In this document: positions 24,459 to 38,400 of the stretch, piece by piece
Layout of the letters: each line of letters begins with the position of its first letter
Numbering within the stretch: position 1 is the first letter of the stretch
Source of the DNA: Kudoa neothunni
Taxonomy: Eukaryota > Animalia > Cnidaria
Assembly (NCBI GenBank): GCA_964304625.1
Contig: OZ199840.1
Coordinates: forward strand, 7,569,544-7,633,543
Reading direction: 5' to 3'
DNA length: 64,000 bases
Program-made: the position numbers and the translations under genes
Notes under the pieces: model-generated
Databases searched by the model: none
Told to the model about the DNA's origin: nothing
Seen by the model: the letters and a program-made list of their open reading frames with translations, nothing else

Positions 24459-25551
24459 CAGCGTTTCACGATCAAAATGCAAACATTTTCAATCAACTCA
24501 TCATGTCTTGTTGGTGCCATCCTTTTAACAATTGATTTCAGTTGCCCAAAAACTTGTTCAATTGGGTTAAGGAAGGGTGAGTACGGCGGTAGTAGTAATA
24601 ACTTGTGAGGACTGCTTTCTATCAAATTTCGAACACTCTTAGTCTTATGGAAAGCTACGTTATCCATAACCAAAATAGCTTTGTCGACAGAATTTGCCTC
24701 TAAATTTGCAAAAAGACCTTCTAGAAATGACGAAAACACAGACTGATTCACACCTCCCTTGTAAATTTTAAAATTTTTTGGGCACTCATCGCCGCCATTA
24801 ATGATATATTTTGAGATCTGATGTATTTGACCTTTAAATTTTCTCTCGTCCCAGAAAGGGATCTACCTTGGGAACGATGGGTTGATAGGGAGAATCCTGA
24901 TTCATCGGTATACAATATATCCGAATACCTAGGTTCCAATCTTATGAATTTGTTTACATAACTAAAAAATATTTGACAAAATACATAGGTCAATTCGTCA
25001 CTCGAATCGTAATGAAATTGTCCTAGTAGAATTCCTATCTATAGGCACCAACGATATTTTTTTATGGTATAATGAAACTCTTTCAGTACTCTATTAATAG
25101 TTTGACGAAAAACGCGAATAGAAAATTTTGGAAAGAGCTTCTCTGATAACTGATTGAATGTCAGCGTACAGTTATCATCTACCTCTGTAAGTAAAAATTG
25201 TTTGTGCACTTCACTCAACAATGAGCGGCGATCTCCTCCAGTTTCTAAGCTTTGGAACGAGCCGGTGTCATTGACTCTCTTCACAATTCTACTTACTCTA
25301 GATTCGGGAATGTTTAATGACTCGGAAATTTGACGATTCGTCTTTCCAATCTTAATTATTTTAATAATTATTGAAAATTTGTTCTCACTTCGACATGGTG
25401 AGCAATTTTAGCCCTATATTTGGCACTAACAATCGCGTATTTTCTCTTATTAGAATTATTATTTTCAATTTGATCAGGCATGCTTTTATGGTCTAAACTG
25501 GAGAAAACGTGAAAATTCGCGTGCAATGTGCATCTTGATCGTGAAATACTG
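24459..25551 (-). mobile_element. Tc1/IS630-type DD34E transposon, full length with broken transposase
   Basis: 23-bp TIRs cagcgtttcacgatcaaaatgca / rc cagtatttcacgatcaagatgca. TA on both sides. Catalytic motifs YTDESG, VMDNVAFH and YSPFLNPIE, with 34 residues between the second D and E. Split across four ORFs. Confidence 0.92.
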
Positions 25552-25915
25552 TACGTAGAAAAATGAATTAAGGGTTTGGAGTGTTTCAATTACAAATTTT
25601 TGTGTATTATTTCGGTTAAAAAATTCTCTTTGTTTTATATTTTAATTTAGTTAATAATTTTTGAATTAATGCTAGGTTAAATGTATTAAACATATTTTTA
25701 GGTAATTTTATTTTTCAGCCAGCACATATATCTAATATCTAGGTCAGTATTCCCCAACGTGGAGCGTGGAAAAATATTGGTGGGGCATAGAAACTTTTGA
25801 ACGTTTAATGAATGCCTTTAGTGGGACGCGAAAAATCCTGAGCATATATGTGGAATTGAGCAGTGTGCGGCACTTTGAAATCAATATCTCAATTTTTGAT
25901 CTCGTTTGTTTTTAA

Positions 25916-28186
25916 CCCTTCCTGTACCAACTACGATAACAGAACGCGGGTGACCAACTGGAGTCACCAACGTACCCCAACCGAAATACACCTTAAACTT
26001 GTTCAATCTTCTCAAAACTATTTCACCGAAGATTAAAAACATAAATATGATAATTCATGTCCAATAAGATTAGTTTTTGTTATTTTATCTATATATGAAT
26101 CATTTTGTTCATGACAAAAACCATAGCAAGAATAATGATACAAATGCATCAGAATATAACATAAATAGCAAAAGTTATCATTTTCATATCAAAAAAGGCT
26201 ATTTGAAAGACTAATGATACTACTTCCATTAAATAGTACATAAAATGATAATATTTTTAGACAACGAATGATGCAGTGACTTAAGTTCGCGTTATTTTGG
26301 CATTAATGTTTAATACACCAAAAATAATAGTCAACAAATTTATTACATTTTTACGTAGGTATTTTTAATATTTATATGTAAAACAAAATTATTTTCGTCT
26401 TTCCATTATTTTATTATTTTTGAAGTCAACAAAATAGTAGCATGAACATAAATTAGAATAATTATTTTTATGTAGACATTTTTTTGATTTAACGAGACAT
26501 ATTCGATGTAATTTCTTAAAATAAAGAATTATTTTGCCAAAAATATTCTTTTCACTATATGGGGATTAATTTTATTCGTCTGTTCAACAGACAGATATTT
26601 TTTATCCCGAATGGCGCATTTGTGTGTACTTTCAAAAAATGCAAATCCACTCGGCCATAGGTAAAACTCATTTATTACGATGGATTAAAATTGTATATAC
26701 CGTAAATATTAACGTATCGGAGATCATAAAATTAATTATATATTGTATTTAATTCTGAACAAAAATTTTTGTATAATTTCTAAGCTGCAAACATATTCCG
26801 AATACAAAAACATATTACTAAGATTTGTTCCAAAGGATCGAAACAATAAAAACAATAAATAATGTTTCATTTTATCCTTATTCTATCAACCTTCCCAGTA
26901 TAAGGCTGAATATTTAGTAGGTATGATGTTTCTACGTCTGCGACCATCCAAAATTTGATTCATAATCGGCCGAGCTTGTTTTTCATATGTACACGAAACG
27001 GGCATTTACCCCGAAACCTTACTAACCTTTCGCCGACTATAATATACGTGCCTAGTGAAAAACACTTGATGCAATTTTCATTAAATAGTTCGCAGACTTG
27101 GCGACAAGGTTCGAATTTGTCATTTGTAGTTTGAAACCGATAAATTCTATTTGTTTTATCGTCGAAACGGATTTTTCTATAAATATAAGTGAACCTGATT
27201 CTGGGCAGCACGGTGGAGAAGAATAATTGTTTGAATAGTTAACAACCATCCCACATACTTCTATGAGCAAGCGTCTTATCATTTGAACGCCAAGCAACAA
27301 TTAATATGCCCATAAATGCTTCTATTTCATCTTTAGATATTGTTACGTGTTTCTCTGGGTTAATCTCTTCAATGTATTTGTTGGTGTATTTTACAATCTC
27401 ATAAATTATGTCTTTCGACATAAACCATTCAAACACATAAAAATGGACGTTATATTTTTGACTCCTTCTTAAATGCTTGAGGGTGAAGTAGCGATGTTAT
27501 GTGATTTAGTTTTCGAACGATTTTTTTTGGACCATTCAAGACCAGATGGGGAAGAAAAATAGAATCATTATTGGGGTTTATTTTAGCGAAATTTACGTCA
27601 CTTTGAAAATCTTCATCATTATCTATATTACTAATAACACAATTATCTGATTCAGATATTTCATATTCTGAGCAGCTATCATTATTTACAGGGGAAAAAT
27701 CTTCAATAATTTTTTCAACATCATCCGTGGTTTGGTTTTGCCTTATACTAAATATTACGGATGCATCAACAGAGTAATTTAACAATTGTTACCTCAATAT
27801 CCGCAGAAAGGTTATGTGCGTGGCTTAGTTGGATTAATCCTCGTTAATTCATTAGCGGGAATATTTAGAAAGGCGCACCATTTTTTCACATAATAGGACG
27901 GATATTTTTAAATTTTCCGACTGTTAAAGCTATTCTTAATATTTATAAAACAAATATGTAACATTATAAAAATAGTCCGATGCATCCAAAATTAACAGTT
28001 GTACTATTTTGGAATCTATTCATAAGAATTAATTATATTATAAAAAACTTTTTTTATTAAAATATCGAAGTAATAGTATTAGAGATATTCTGAAACTTTG
28101 AAGACTATCAAAGGCTGATTTTTGGATTTAGAAACAAAATAGATAATGTGGGGTCTCTCAAATACCCCAGGTTGGTACCGGAAGGG
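25916..28186 (-). mobile_element. piggyBac element with degraded transposase
   Basis: TTAA on both sides. 16-bp TIRs with 15/16 match (cccttcc[t/g]gtaccaac). PGBD motifs IVKYTN, IRFDD and VGERLVRFRGKCPFRVHMKNK in 26960-27436. Confidence 0.92.
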
Positions 28187-28274
28187 TTAAATGGTCATTA
28201 ATATCATAAAACGACAAAAGCATTAATTAATTATATACAAACATAATAATTTTTAACTTGATTTTATCCAAATA

Positions 28275-28907
28275 CAATGAAACCTCGGAGTTCGACCAAT
28301 AATTTCGAGGTAGAAACACCTTTAAGTTAGATCAAATATCGAAAGACATAAGGAGAACTTTTGTCGGAGCGAGTGCAATAAAACGAATGTAATGGACTAT
28401 CGATATATACATTTTAACGGATAATTTAATCAAACTTTGAACTATAAATTCTTCTAATGGATTCTAATAATAGGTTTCCATAGTAGAAAGTGGCTATTAG
28501 CACGGTAAATAATACTTATGTGACACTAGTTTCGACTATATTTAATCTGTAAACAACTCTTACAGCTGTTTACAGATTAAACCAGAATTCACACATGAGT
28601 TCCAGCGAAAGTTCGCCATATCTCAATCAAATTGAGCGAACGTCTTCGAAAGAGAACCCTTTACAATCAATCGTATGACAACAAAAAATATTATCCTATA
28701 TTTCTTTTATATTGTTATATTCAATATTTATTTGTTATATTGTATAAACATAAGGTATACGTGTTTTTTCGTAAATAATAAAAAAATCATCCATTTGATG
28801 TGCGGGAACGCATTAAACTAATTTTCATTATTTTTCATGCGAAAAAATTATTCGTAGTTCGAACAAATTTCTAGAACGGATTATAGTCGAAGTCCGAGGT
28901 TGCATTG
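28275..28907. mobile_element. pogo/Tigger-type MITE
   Basis: TIRs caatgaaacctcggagttcgacca / rc caatgcaacctcggacttcgacta. TA TSD. Confidence 0.85.
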
Positions 28908-29434
28908 TAGAATCGGTATGGTTTTAATTACAATCGTGTCTTATGTATAACAATGATTAATTTTCTATTTGGATTATTCCGTTTTGGTTTATAAGACCCA
29001 TATACTTGAAAGTCTTGTCTAATACAATCTAGATTGGAACGAGCTTCATTTAACACTGTGTTTGACGTAAGGAAGAACTAAACATGTTAATTTTTAAGAT
29101 CCACCGATAAAGTAAGTTAGACCTGATCGAATACACCTTAATTTCAATAAGACGAGAAGTATATATTAATCACTTTCAAGTTTTAATGTGACATGAAGCT
29201 TGAATCTAAATTATAGGCAGTTTAAATTAAAAAATCAATATTGTGAAAAATGTGGAACGTGATAGAAAAAAGTTGGGAATCATTGATCTAGGTGATATTA
29301 CAGTCAATAATTCAAATTTAAAGTTTTAAATTACAAAACAAAAATTTCATTTATCTAGGTGCTTTTGCAAACTGTAAATAAAACGACGCCGAAAAAATTT
29401 CTCCGATACGAATAAAACTACATAAACAAACAAC

Positions 29435-32400
29435 TTATATAGGAGCGGTCATAGACTTTTCAAGCAGTGTTTCTTGCTCTGAAACATGTATTTTTTTGAT
29501 TCCAGTGGCCGTACTAGCAGAAGATGCTCTTCCAAAATAGTGAACCTGTCTAGAATCAGCCAAACTTTTCAGGGTGGTCGTCAGACATCTTTCAACAAAT
29601 GACCAAGGTCCCTGATTTTTAGGCTCTTCTTGAGCCCAAACAATGCAAGCATTCTGATAATTTGATATTTCGGTCTTTATGAGATCGAATGGGAAGGGTG
29701 ACAGCTAAATAGACTTTACTAAACTACAGCATTTCAACTAATATACTTGTTCGATTCGTACGATGGCCACCTTGCCATTGAGATTACGTTTTTGTCTTTC
29801 AGCAACCAACTCATAATATATTTTACCGCTACAGAGAACAAGACGTTGGACTTTAGTTTTGTTTTCAGGATCATCAAAAGCGGAGTCGGGAATGACTCTT
29901 TGGAAGATAGTCCCTTCGTCCATTTCACTGAAACTAGATTTTGCTTGTTCTAGCCTCAGTAGGTTTTTCGGAGTAAAAAGCACCAACTAAAAAATCGCTT
30001 AATAAATTATATAGAGAAGTAATTATAGCTTACAGGGCGTCTAAAATTACACGCAACTTGGCGTCTAAGAATATGAAACAGGTTGGCTGGAGTGGAACAA
30101 TTGGCTACCTACCACAAATCATTGATACGCAATTACTAAAGTAGAAACAGGACTAATTACTATCCAGTTACATTTGTGCAGTTGCATAACATGAAATTCG
30201 TCGGCTGTGTAGTTCTGGGTGGTTATAATAGGTTAGTAAAGTGTTTACAAAAATAATTATTACTGGAAAAGTGTCAATATCCTCAGATGACAACTGTAAA
30301 AATCGTTCAATGCGAGCGCTAGAATGTTCAGGCCCCATCCCATCATAGCCATGAGGCAGAAGAATAACAAGACCTGACTGACGAAGCCACTTGTGATAAC
30401 CACTGGCCATAAATTGATCAAAAATGCACTAAATTCACTCGTAAATTTAGTGGGAAAGAAAATTCATACTTGAGCATTGTTACAAAAATCTCCAAACTGT
30501 GCCTCCCAACAAACCAAAAAGTTAGGAGAGGCTATGCTGTATCCAAGATCGAATCCTACAAAATCATTTTTCGGTTAAAATTTAGATTAATCGTAGTCGT
30601 TTGAAAGTCTACCAAGGACAGCATATTCAGAAAGTGGGCTGTTACAAACAATGTAAGGAGCTTGATTGGGTGAGATGTGTTTCAGTGGAGTGTACATTTG
30701 TCTCTCTCCAGCATAAGCATGTAAAACATGATGACGATGACTAAACGTTCCACGCTCTGAATCTTGACCACTCAGTCGAACATGAACACCATCGCTAAGA
30801 AGTGATGAGAAAGCAGAAATCTCTCCTAGCGCCCAGTCAATTTTATCCGCATTAATCATATCCATTCGTTGTTTCAAAATCCTTTTAAATCCTATTTTAA
30901 ATCCATAAAATTATTGCCATGTTAACATCTGGCACACATCAAATAGTTGGAAAAATTCAAATACCAGGATGAGGTTCAAATCCATTTGGCAAAGTATTAC
31001 ACTTGTTGTTGAGTTCAATCAGCATCTCTTTGCTGACGCCGGTAGTTCTCATTCTTGGGATTTTATCATCCCCCTTAGGACCTTAAAAAAAATATAAGTT
31101 GGTAACGAATATGACACTCACAAAAAGCCATCGGACTGTCCAGCCAGTTACTGTTAGATATTTCGGTAATTTTTTTAGCCGATCTCAACTCACTATCAAG
31201 TGTGTTACTGTATGACACTTTCAACTCCTTAATTTAATTGATTTATAATTTATCATCATTAATTATTAATCATAATTTTGAATATTTAAACAGAAAAAGT
31301 TATACATCAATTAAAGACGGCTTTATTATATCCAACTTTTTGAGCTTATTTGAATACAACTCAAGAACACTTTCAACCTGTGAAATTTTCCTATACATTA
31401 ACGGTTGGGTGAAAAAAGGATTATCGGATTCGTTGTGGCCATTCCGACGATATCCAATCAAATCAATCACAACACTCCTTTTGAATTTGTTTCTGTAGGT
31501 GGATGCGATCTTCGATACAAAGTGTACGTCCTCCGGATCATCGGCGTTGACATGAAAAATTGGGATATCCAAAATTTTTGCCACATCTGACGCATAATGT
31601 GACGACCTCGAATCATTGGGTTCAGTAGTGAAGCCGATCTAAATTTTTTTCGTTAAAATTAGTCAGAATTAACCAGAACGGCACTTGATTATTGACAACA
31701 ATGTGAATGGAACCGTAAGAAGTGTAATTTTTGAGTTTATCGAGTTGGAAGGATTCATAAACAACTCCTTGACCGGCACAGGCGGCATCTCCATGTATAA
31801 TAATATTTGCCACTTTATCACCACATTCGTCACTGAGAAGATTTTGTAGAGCTCGAGTCTTTCCAAGTACCACAGGATTTACAGCTAATGCATGACAATC
31901 AATCAATATGACTTATTTTAATAGCCAATATGAGTTTGAAAACTACCTTCTAAATGTGAAGGATTTGCGACTATGCATAAATTAATTGGATTTCCTGTTT
32001 TCTCGTTAATCAACCGATGAGAACATCCCAAATGGTATTTTACATCACCAGAAAACTATAAGATATCACGAAAATTTTAAAGATCAAATCGCGGTGATGA
32101 ATGATGCCTACCTGATCACTAATAAGACCAATATCGGTGTTGAATCGGCAGAAGATTTCTTGAAGTGGGCTGTTTACGACGTTGGCTAGTATATTCAGTC
32201 GCCCACGATGAGCAGTTCCTATGAGCACATGCTCGATGCCATGGGTTGAGTATTCGTCAATAATTATTTTTAGGCAAGGAATAAGCGACTAAACAATAAT
32301 AGTTAGATTTTGAGAAAAATAGCTCAAGCTTGTTGATAAATTAAATTTTAACCCTCTACTTTTTTACAGTAAGCATAAATTATATTTGTTCGGATCAGGT

Positions 32401-35400
32401 GTTCATTTTATATCAGAAAACAGTTGCAAAATATCACAAATGATCTCTTAATCCACCTTTTTAATTTTAGAAAACAGAAATATTTCAATGATATTTTAAG
32501 TGAGTTCAATAGTTGATATAAAATAAACTAATCGACCAATGTCACCGTTTCGTAGCAATTATGTATTTGATTTTGGTTCTGAGAGTCTATAAGTGAATTG
32601 GAAACCTCTAAAAATCTTTTAACTATATTTTTCTCTCAAATAAAATTCTACTCCGTAGTATTTTATTATCAAATATTTCTGATTAATTAAGTATGAGGCA
32701 TTTTTTTGTCAGCTGATTTGAACCCATACCTAATTTACTGCCCCAAAAATATTATTTAACTTTTTTATAACAATTTAACGAGACTTATACGCTTGAATAT
32801 GTAAAATTAACTGTTAGATCGAGTTAAATTAGATGTGTTTAATTTTAGGATCTCAAATAATATAGTCAACATTTTTAAATTTTCATCCTCGTCTTAAGTT
32901 AGGGTTCCTCCAAGGTTATGCGAGAAAATATTATGGCCTAATATCCTAATATACGGGGAATTTATTGGATTAATTTAAAAATTTCTCACCTCATTATCTC
33001 TTATTCATGCATTAGTTGAGAATTATTTCGCTCCATATTTTTAATGCTTTGGAGAATGATTATAATTTGAATCAGTTGTTCGAAAATTTTTAATTATAAT
33101 TATATAAATAAGATCAAAAAATATCATTTTTACTTTAATATTAATAGGTGAAAAATTAGAATCTACGAAAGGATTTTTCGAAAATATAAACTAATAATTA
33201 GTTTCAATTAAGTGATTACACAAAAAATGTTAAAAACGAAATGAAAAATCATTTAAACTACCCTCCAGATAGAAATAAATCATATTAGCTTAATTTCCAA
33301 GTTGTTTCTGTTTCGTGGTTAATTTTTTGAACTTCAGAATTAGACATGAAATTCACCTCATCATGTATAGTGGCTACGGGAAACGTTAGTGTCTCAGAGA
33401 GGTGCAAACCCAACTTTGAGTCAGGAAGCATTGAGATATACATTTACTGCAACGTTTTCCAACCTTTTTGGTTCGCGGATCCCCGATTAGCTAAGCTAAC
33501 TGAATAAGAAAACCTAAGCATATTAATTATTTATATTTATAACATTATTGTTCTAGAATTATGTTTTTAGATTCGACTTTTATTATAGCCAGGAATTTAT
33601 GAATGACTAATTTTTTAAGAGTAAAAGCCCTCTTAGCGCACTAACTCCACATTGGAAAACATTGATTTCCTACCTGGCTGGCTGACTGACTTATCCAAAT
33701 AAAAACTCATAAAAATTAGTGATGCTATCAGCTGGATGTACGGTTGGAATACTTTAAAATACCTTTCTATATTCGCATAACATTATATCGGACGCACGCA
33801 TTTAATTTTAATCCAAAAACATTCTGTTTTTAATTTCAAAAAATTAGCTCAATGAGAATATAAAAATTTTCCTTATTTTAATTTTAGTTATGTGCATTTA
33901 ACCTTAGAAATCCCACCAAAAATAATTACACAAAGGTTCAATGGGCCCCTTTTTGGTCCAAGTATAAATTGATCAAATAAATTCACCTAATTATCATAAA
34001 GTATGTTTTTATATATTATTGAATTATAAAGAATAAACAATATAAATTATTCTAATTTCAGGAATCTATACACTACAAATATCCATGGAGAGTGATTTTT
34101 GTAATATTTAGCTATTCATCGAATCTTTTAATTCTTTGTCATAAATTAAGATTATTTTTAAAGAAACAAAACTTTAATATATTAGAAAACCTTCTTTTCA
34201 AATTATAATATACGATATCGATAAGGGGATCTAAATAAGCACGACGTAATGTTGGTTGTCGAGTTTTTAAAATGGAGATTAAGTTTATACACCACGAGAT
34301 TTGCAATAGTTGGGAATAATACGTTTGACTTCGATACCTTCTTCCATTTCAAATAATATGATCATAATATACCATAACTGGCCAAACCGTGGCTCTCGAC
34401 AAAAAACTTGTTGATTCAAAATTTTTTAAATTCAATAAGCGCTTTAATTTAGAAAAATTCATTGTTTGAACTATTTAATCGACTGAAAAAATGAACTCTT
34501 CAATTGTAACTTAGTGTTTTTGGTTTGAAAACATAATTACAAACATTTATATAGTTTCAATATTTGATTCAAGCTAAAATTATTACTAATTTTGTTAGGA
34601 AATACAATTAGAACTAATGTTTTTCCATTACCAAAGTGATGGATATCGTAAGAATAAACACGCGTTAAAGCTTGAAAAAGGAGGGTACACAAGTGCAAAC
34701 GAGAATGGCCACAGACTGGCTCCTTGGTTAGTCTAGAAATGACCCAACTCGTCCCTCGATGCAATCCAAATAACTCGGCACATGCCGTCTCGTAGCTGCG
34801 CAAATTATCTGTTAGAATTGGTGCTGAAATGATAGTTCAATTTTTATTATTGTATGAAAAAAGTTATGGATTCTTCAAATATAAAAAAAATGTGATGACG
34901 ACAAAAGAATATTCAACCCAGAATGAGAAGAAGAATTCGTCTTTACTGTAATGGAGGCAAGCCCTTGTGTTTTATTTGCAATGTGTTTTTAAGTCACAAC
35001 AAAGCTTCTAACCTAAAACGACAGTATGAGAAAAATCCCGGGAAATTTTCTCGTGATCGCCCTTGTAAGTCTCAGATAAGAACCAAGAAGTTATGCTCTT
35101 TAAAGTCATCATCAAATAACTGCCGGTCACTTTTAACGACATTTTCCACCGAATCTGTTGTATCAACTGAAGCTAGTTTCATTATTTCAGGGAATATTTC
35201 TCATGAAAAACGTCCATATTCTGATGGGGAACTCGCCAGGAAGAATATTGCTGAAGTTGTCGCAGTTTTAGATCTTAAAAACGGAAGACTTCAACGTTTG
35301 ATAGAACAAACATCAGTTTCTCGTCACTCGATAGAAAGGCGAATCTCTCAATCTCAAATAAGTGCTGATGTTTGCGATAAACTACAAAATGATCTGAAGA

Positions 35401-38400
35401 ATTCGATTACTTTTAGCTTACCTCTCGACGAATCAACGGACATTCAAGATAATCTCAAATTGACCAATATTCATTCGCTGTTTTATATGACCTAACAATT
35501 AAGGTGGAATTGTTGGATTTGGTGGCATTGAAAGAAACTACTCGTGGCGTTGACGTTAAAAATGCACTAGTTCCAGCCTTAACAAATGCTGGCGTTCAGT
35601 TATGTAATCTCGTTAGCATTTAGACAGATGGAGCCCTTGAGACGGTAGATAAGAACGTAGGCTTAATTGCGCTTATGAAAAATGATCCAAGGTTTTGAAA
35701 ACTTATTCCCGTACATTGTATTATTCATCGCAAATATCTGGTTGCAAAATACTTCAAATTTGAAGTTGTAATGAAGTGTGTACTCGAAATTGCCAATTAT
35801 ATACGATCAAATGGGAAGACTCATCGACAGTTCGGAAATTTTGTTGAAAAACTTGAGATTGATGATAAACCTAACGATGTTTCATTCTACTGTATTGTGA
35901 GATGGCTGTAAACTAGAAATGTCTTGAATAGGTTTGTGGAACTTTTAGAACCGATTAGCTCACTCCTTAATGAAAACAACAAATCACACCATCAACTTGA
36001 AAATAATCAATGGCTCTACGATTTGATGTTTTTTATTGACATAACGAACCATCTTCAAAACCTCAATTTGGCATTACAAGGAAAGAATAAATTGGTTTCC
36101 GATCTTGTTCAAACAATGTTCAGCTTCGAGAATAAAATGCGGGGTTTCCAGCGAGACGTAATATCAAGAAACTTCATTTATTTTCCAAATCTCAATAGAC
36201 AACGAAATTCATTCCCTGATGATGTAATATAAAATGAGAAATTGGAAGAATATAGCTGCAAACTAGAGCGAATTATGAATGAATTTAAAGATCGTTTTGA
36301 TAATTTACGGAAACTGAAACTATGCTTTATGTTCCTCATCAACCCATTTGTGATCGATGTAGTTAATGAAGGTTGTAAAAATCTTGAACCGCTGGTCACC
36401 AATTTTTCAACTGTGGAAATGGAACTAATGGATTTTCAAGAAGACCTAGCTTTAAAGATGATTCATAACTCCAAGTCACCACTAGAATTTTGGAAAAACG
36501 TATCAGGAATGAAATATCCAAAATTAAAAGAAATGAGTATTAAACTTATTCCTATTTTTGGAACAACTTATTGTTGTGAATCCCTTTATTCCACATTGGA
36601 GTTAGTGAAATCGAAGTATCGCGGATCCCTCACAAACAAACACTTGACGGATTCAATTCGTACGGCTTTAACAGCGTATGAACCAGATTTACATCGGCTC
36701 ACTGATAATACGGAAACATAAAAAAACTTGTTTCATTAGAAACAATTTATAGAAATATTTTTCGAATGCATTTATTTATTGTGTTGTAATTTTATTCGCA
36801 AATATTTAATTATATTTTTTGTTAGGCTACCATACACGATTAAATATGAAAAATATTTTATTATTTTTGCGGCCTTTTTCACAGAGAAAACATTTCTTGG
36901 ATCATTAACTACTAATATACTGTTCTTGAAAAACTATCATGAATTATACCTATAAAAATTATATGTAAGTTTTCCAACGATTAGTTGAATAAGAAAATAA
37001 TTTAAAAAGCTTTATTTATAATTCTACAACATTTTCCATTAAGATGTATCAAAAATTTCCGAAAGTGTAGGTTTTAAATAAGGAGGAGATACATACAAAA
37101 AAATTTTTAACACCTTTCTGCCCTTTAGAATTTTGGCGCCCTTAAAGTTGGTCCCCATTCTAGGCAAGTCTGGCTACCCCCGTAATATACAGAAGTTGTG
37201 GAGTGACAAAGATGATACCTGTCGTTGGATGGCGACCATGATTCCGTGGAAACAACTTTATGACCTTACTGTGTAAATAATACGTCGTCATAGTTTTTAT
37301 TAAACTATGTTGAATTGCATTGAAAAATTATTTTGTTGTAGTCTACGTTATTATATGAAGAAATTTGATGATAACTAATTTTATTATGTACAAAACTTAA
37401 TCCTCTTTTTAAACATTCCACAACTAATATTACATCGTGTTTATTCAGGTATTCGTATCAATTTTGTATATTATGACATTGAAATAATGCTTTTAATATA
37501 TTAAAGTTTAGTTTCTTTCCTAACAACCTTAATTTATGGTAAAGAATTAAAAGATTCAATGGATCACTAAATATTACAAAAGTCACTCTCTACGGATAAA
37601 TTTAATTTATAGATTCCCGAAATTATTACATAAAATATCATTTCTCATTTTTAGTTAAATAAACTATAAAAGGACTCTGTACGATAATAAAGAGACTTTA
37701 CTTGATCAATTTATACTTGAACCAAAAAGGGCCCACTGAGCCTTGTGTAACTTTTTGAAAAATCTGATAAAAACATATATTGGATGAACAAAAAAATTTT
37801 GACTCATAAATATAATTACATAAAATTTATGATATAATTTACGTAACATTAATTTTGTTATATAGAATAACTCTATAATTTTATAAGCACTTAATTAAAT
37901 TTCGGAACGAAAAGGGCCCACTGAGTTTTCTAAGGTTAAATGCGCATTGGCTGTGAAACGCTCAATATTTAATCTGAGAAACGATTAAGGTAAATAATTG
38001 TCATCCAAATACGAAAAAAATTATATAATTATAGTTACACCCCTAGATACGCAATTAAGATACAGAAGTAATCATTTTCCGCTATTATTCGAGCTTATCA
38101 ACAAGGATTATAATTTCGAATAAAATTACTAAAAAAAATTTATATTAAATTCATTACGAAAAAAAGAAGACAAAAAATGTACAGCTATTCCGCATAAAAT
38201 TCTTAAGAATCAATAATATACTTTAATAATGCACTCTTAAAAGATTAATTTAAATTAAAGCTAACAAAAAATATGCATAAATGTATTTAATTATAGATTA
38301 TTAGGTTAATCGGTGGAACTAATGTATCATATTATGCAAACTTAAGGATTTAATTGATTACTCAATAAAAATCAACTTTAGCAAGATTAAAAAACATGAA

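Larger units (their letters stand above)
25745..29285. mobile_element. Non-autonomous hAT element hosting two nested insertions
   Basis: Perfect 8-bp TSD atctaggt (25737-25744 and 29286-29293). TIRs cagtattccccaac / gttgggaatcattg. Confidence 0.88.
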
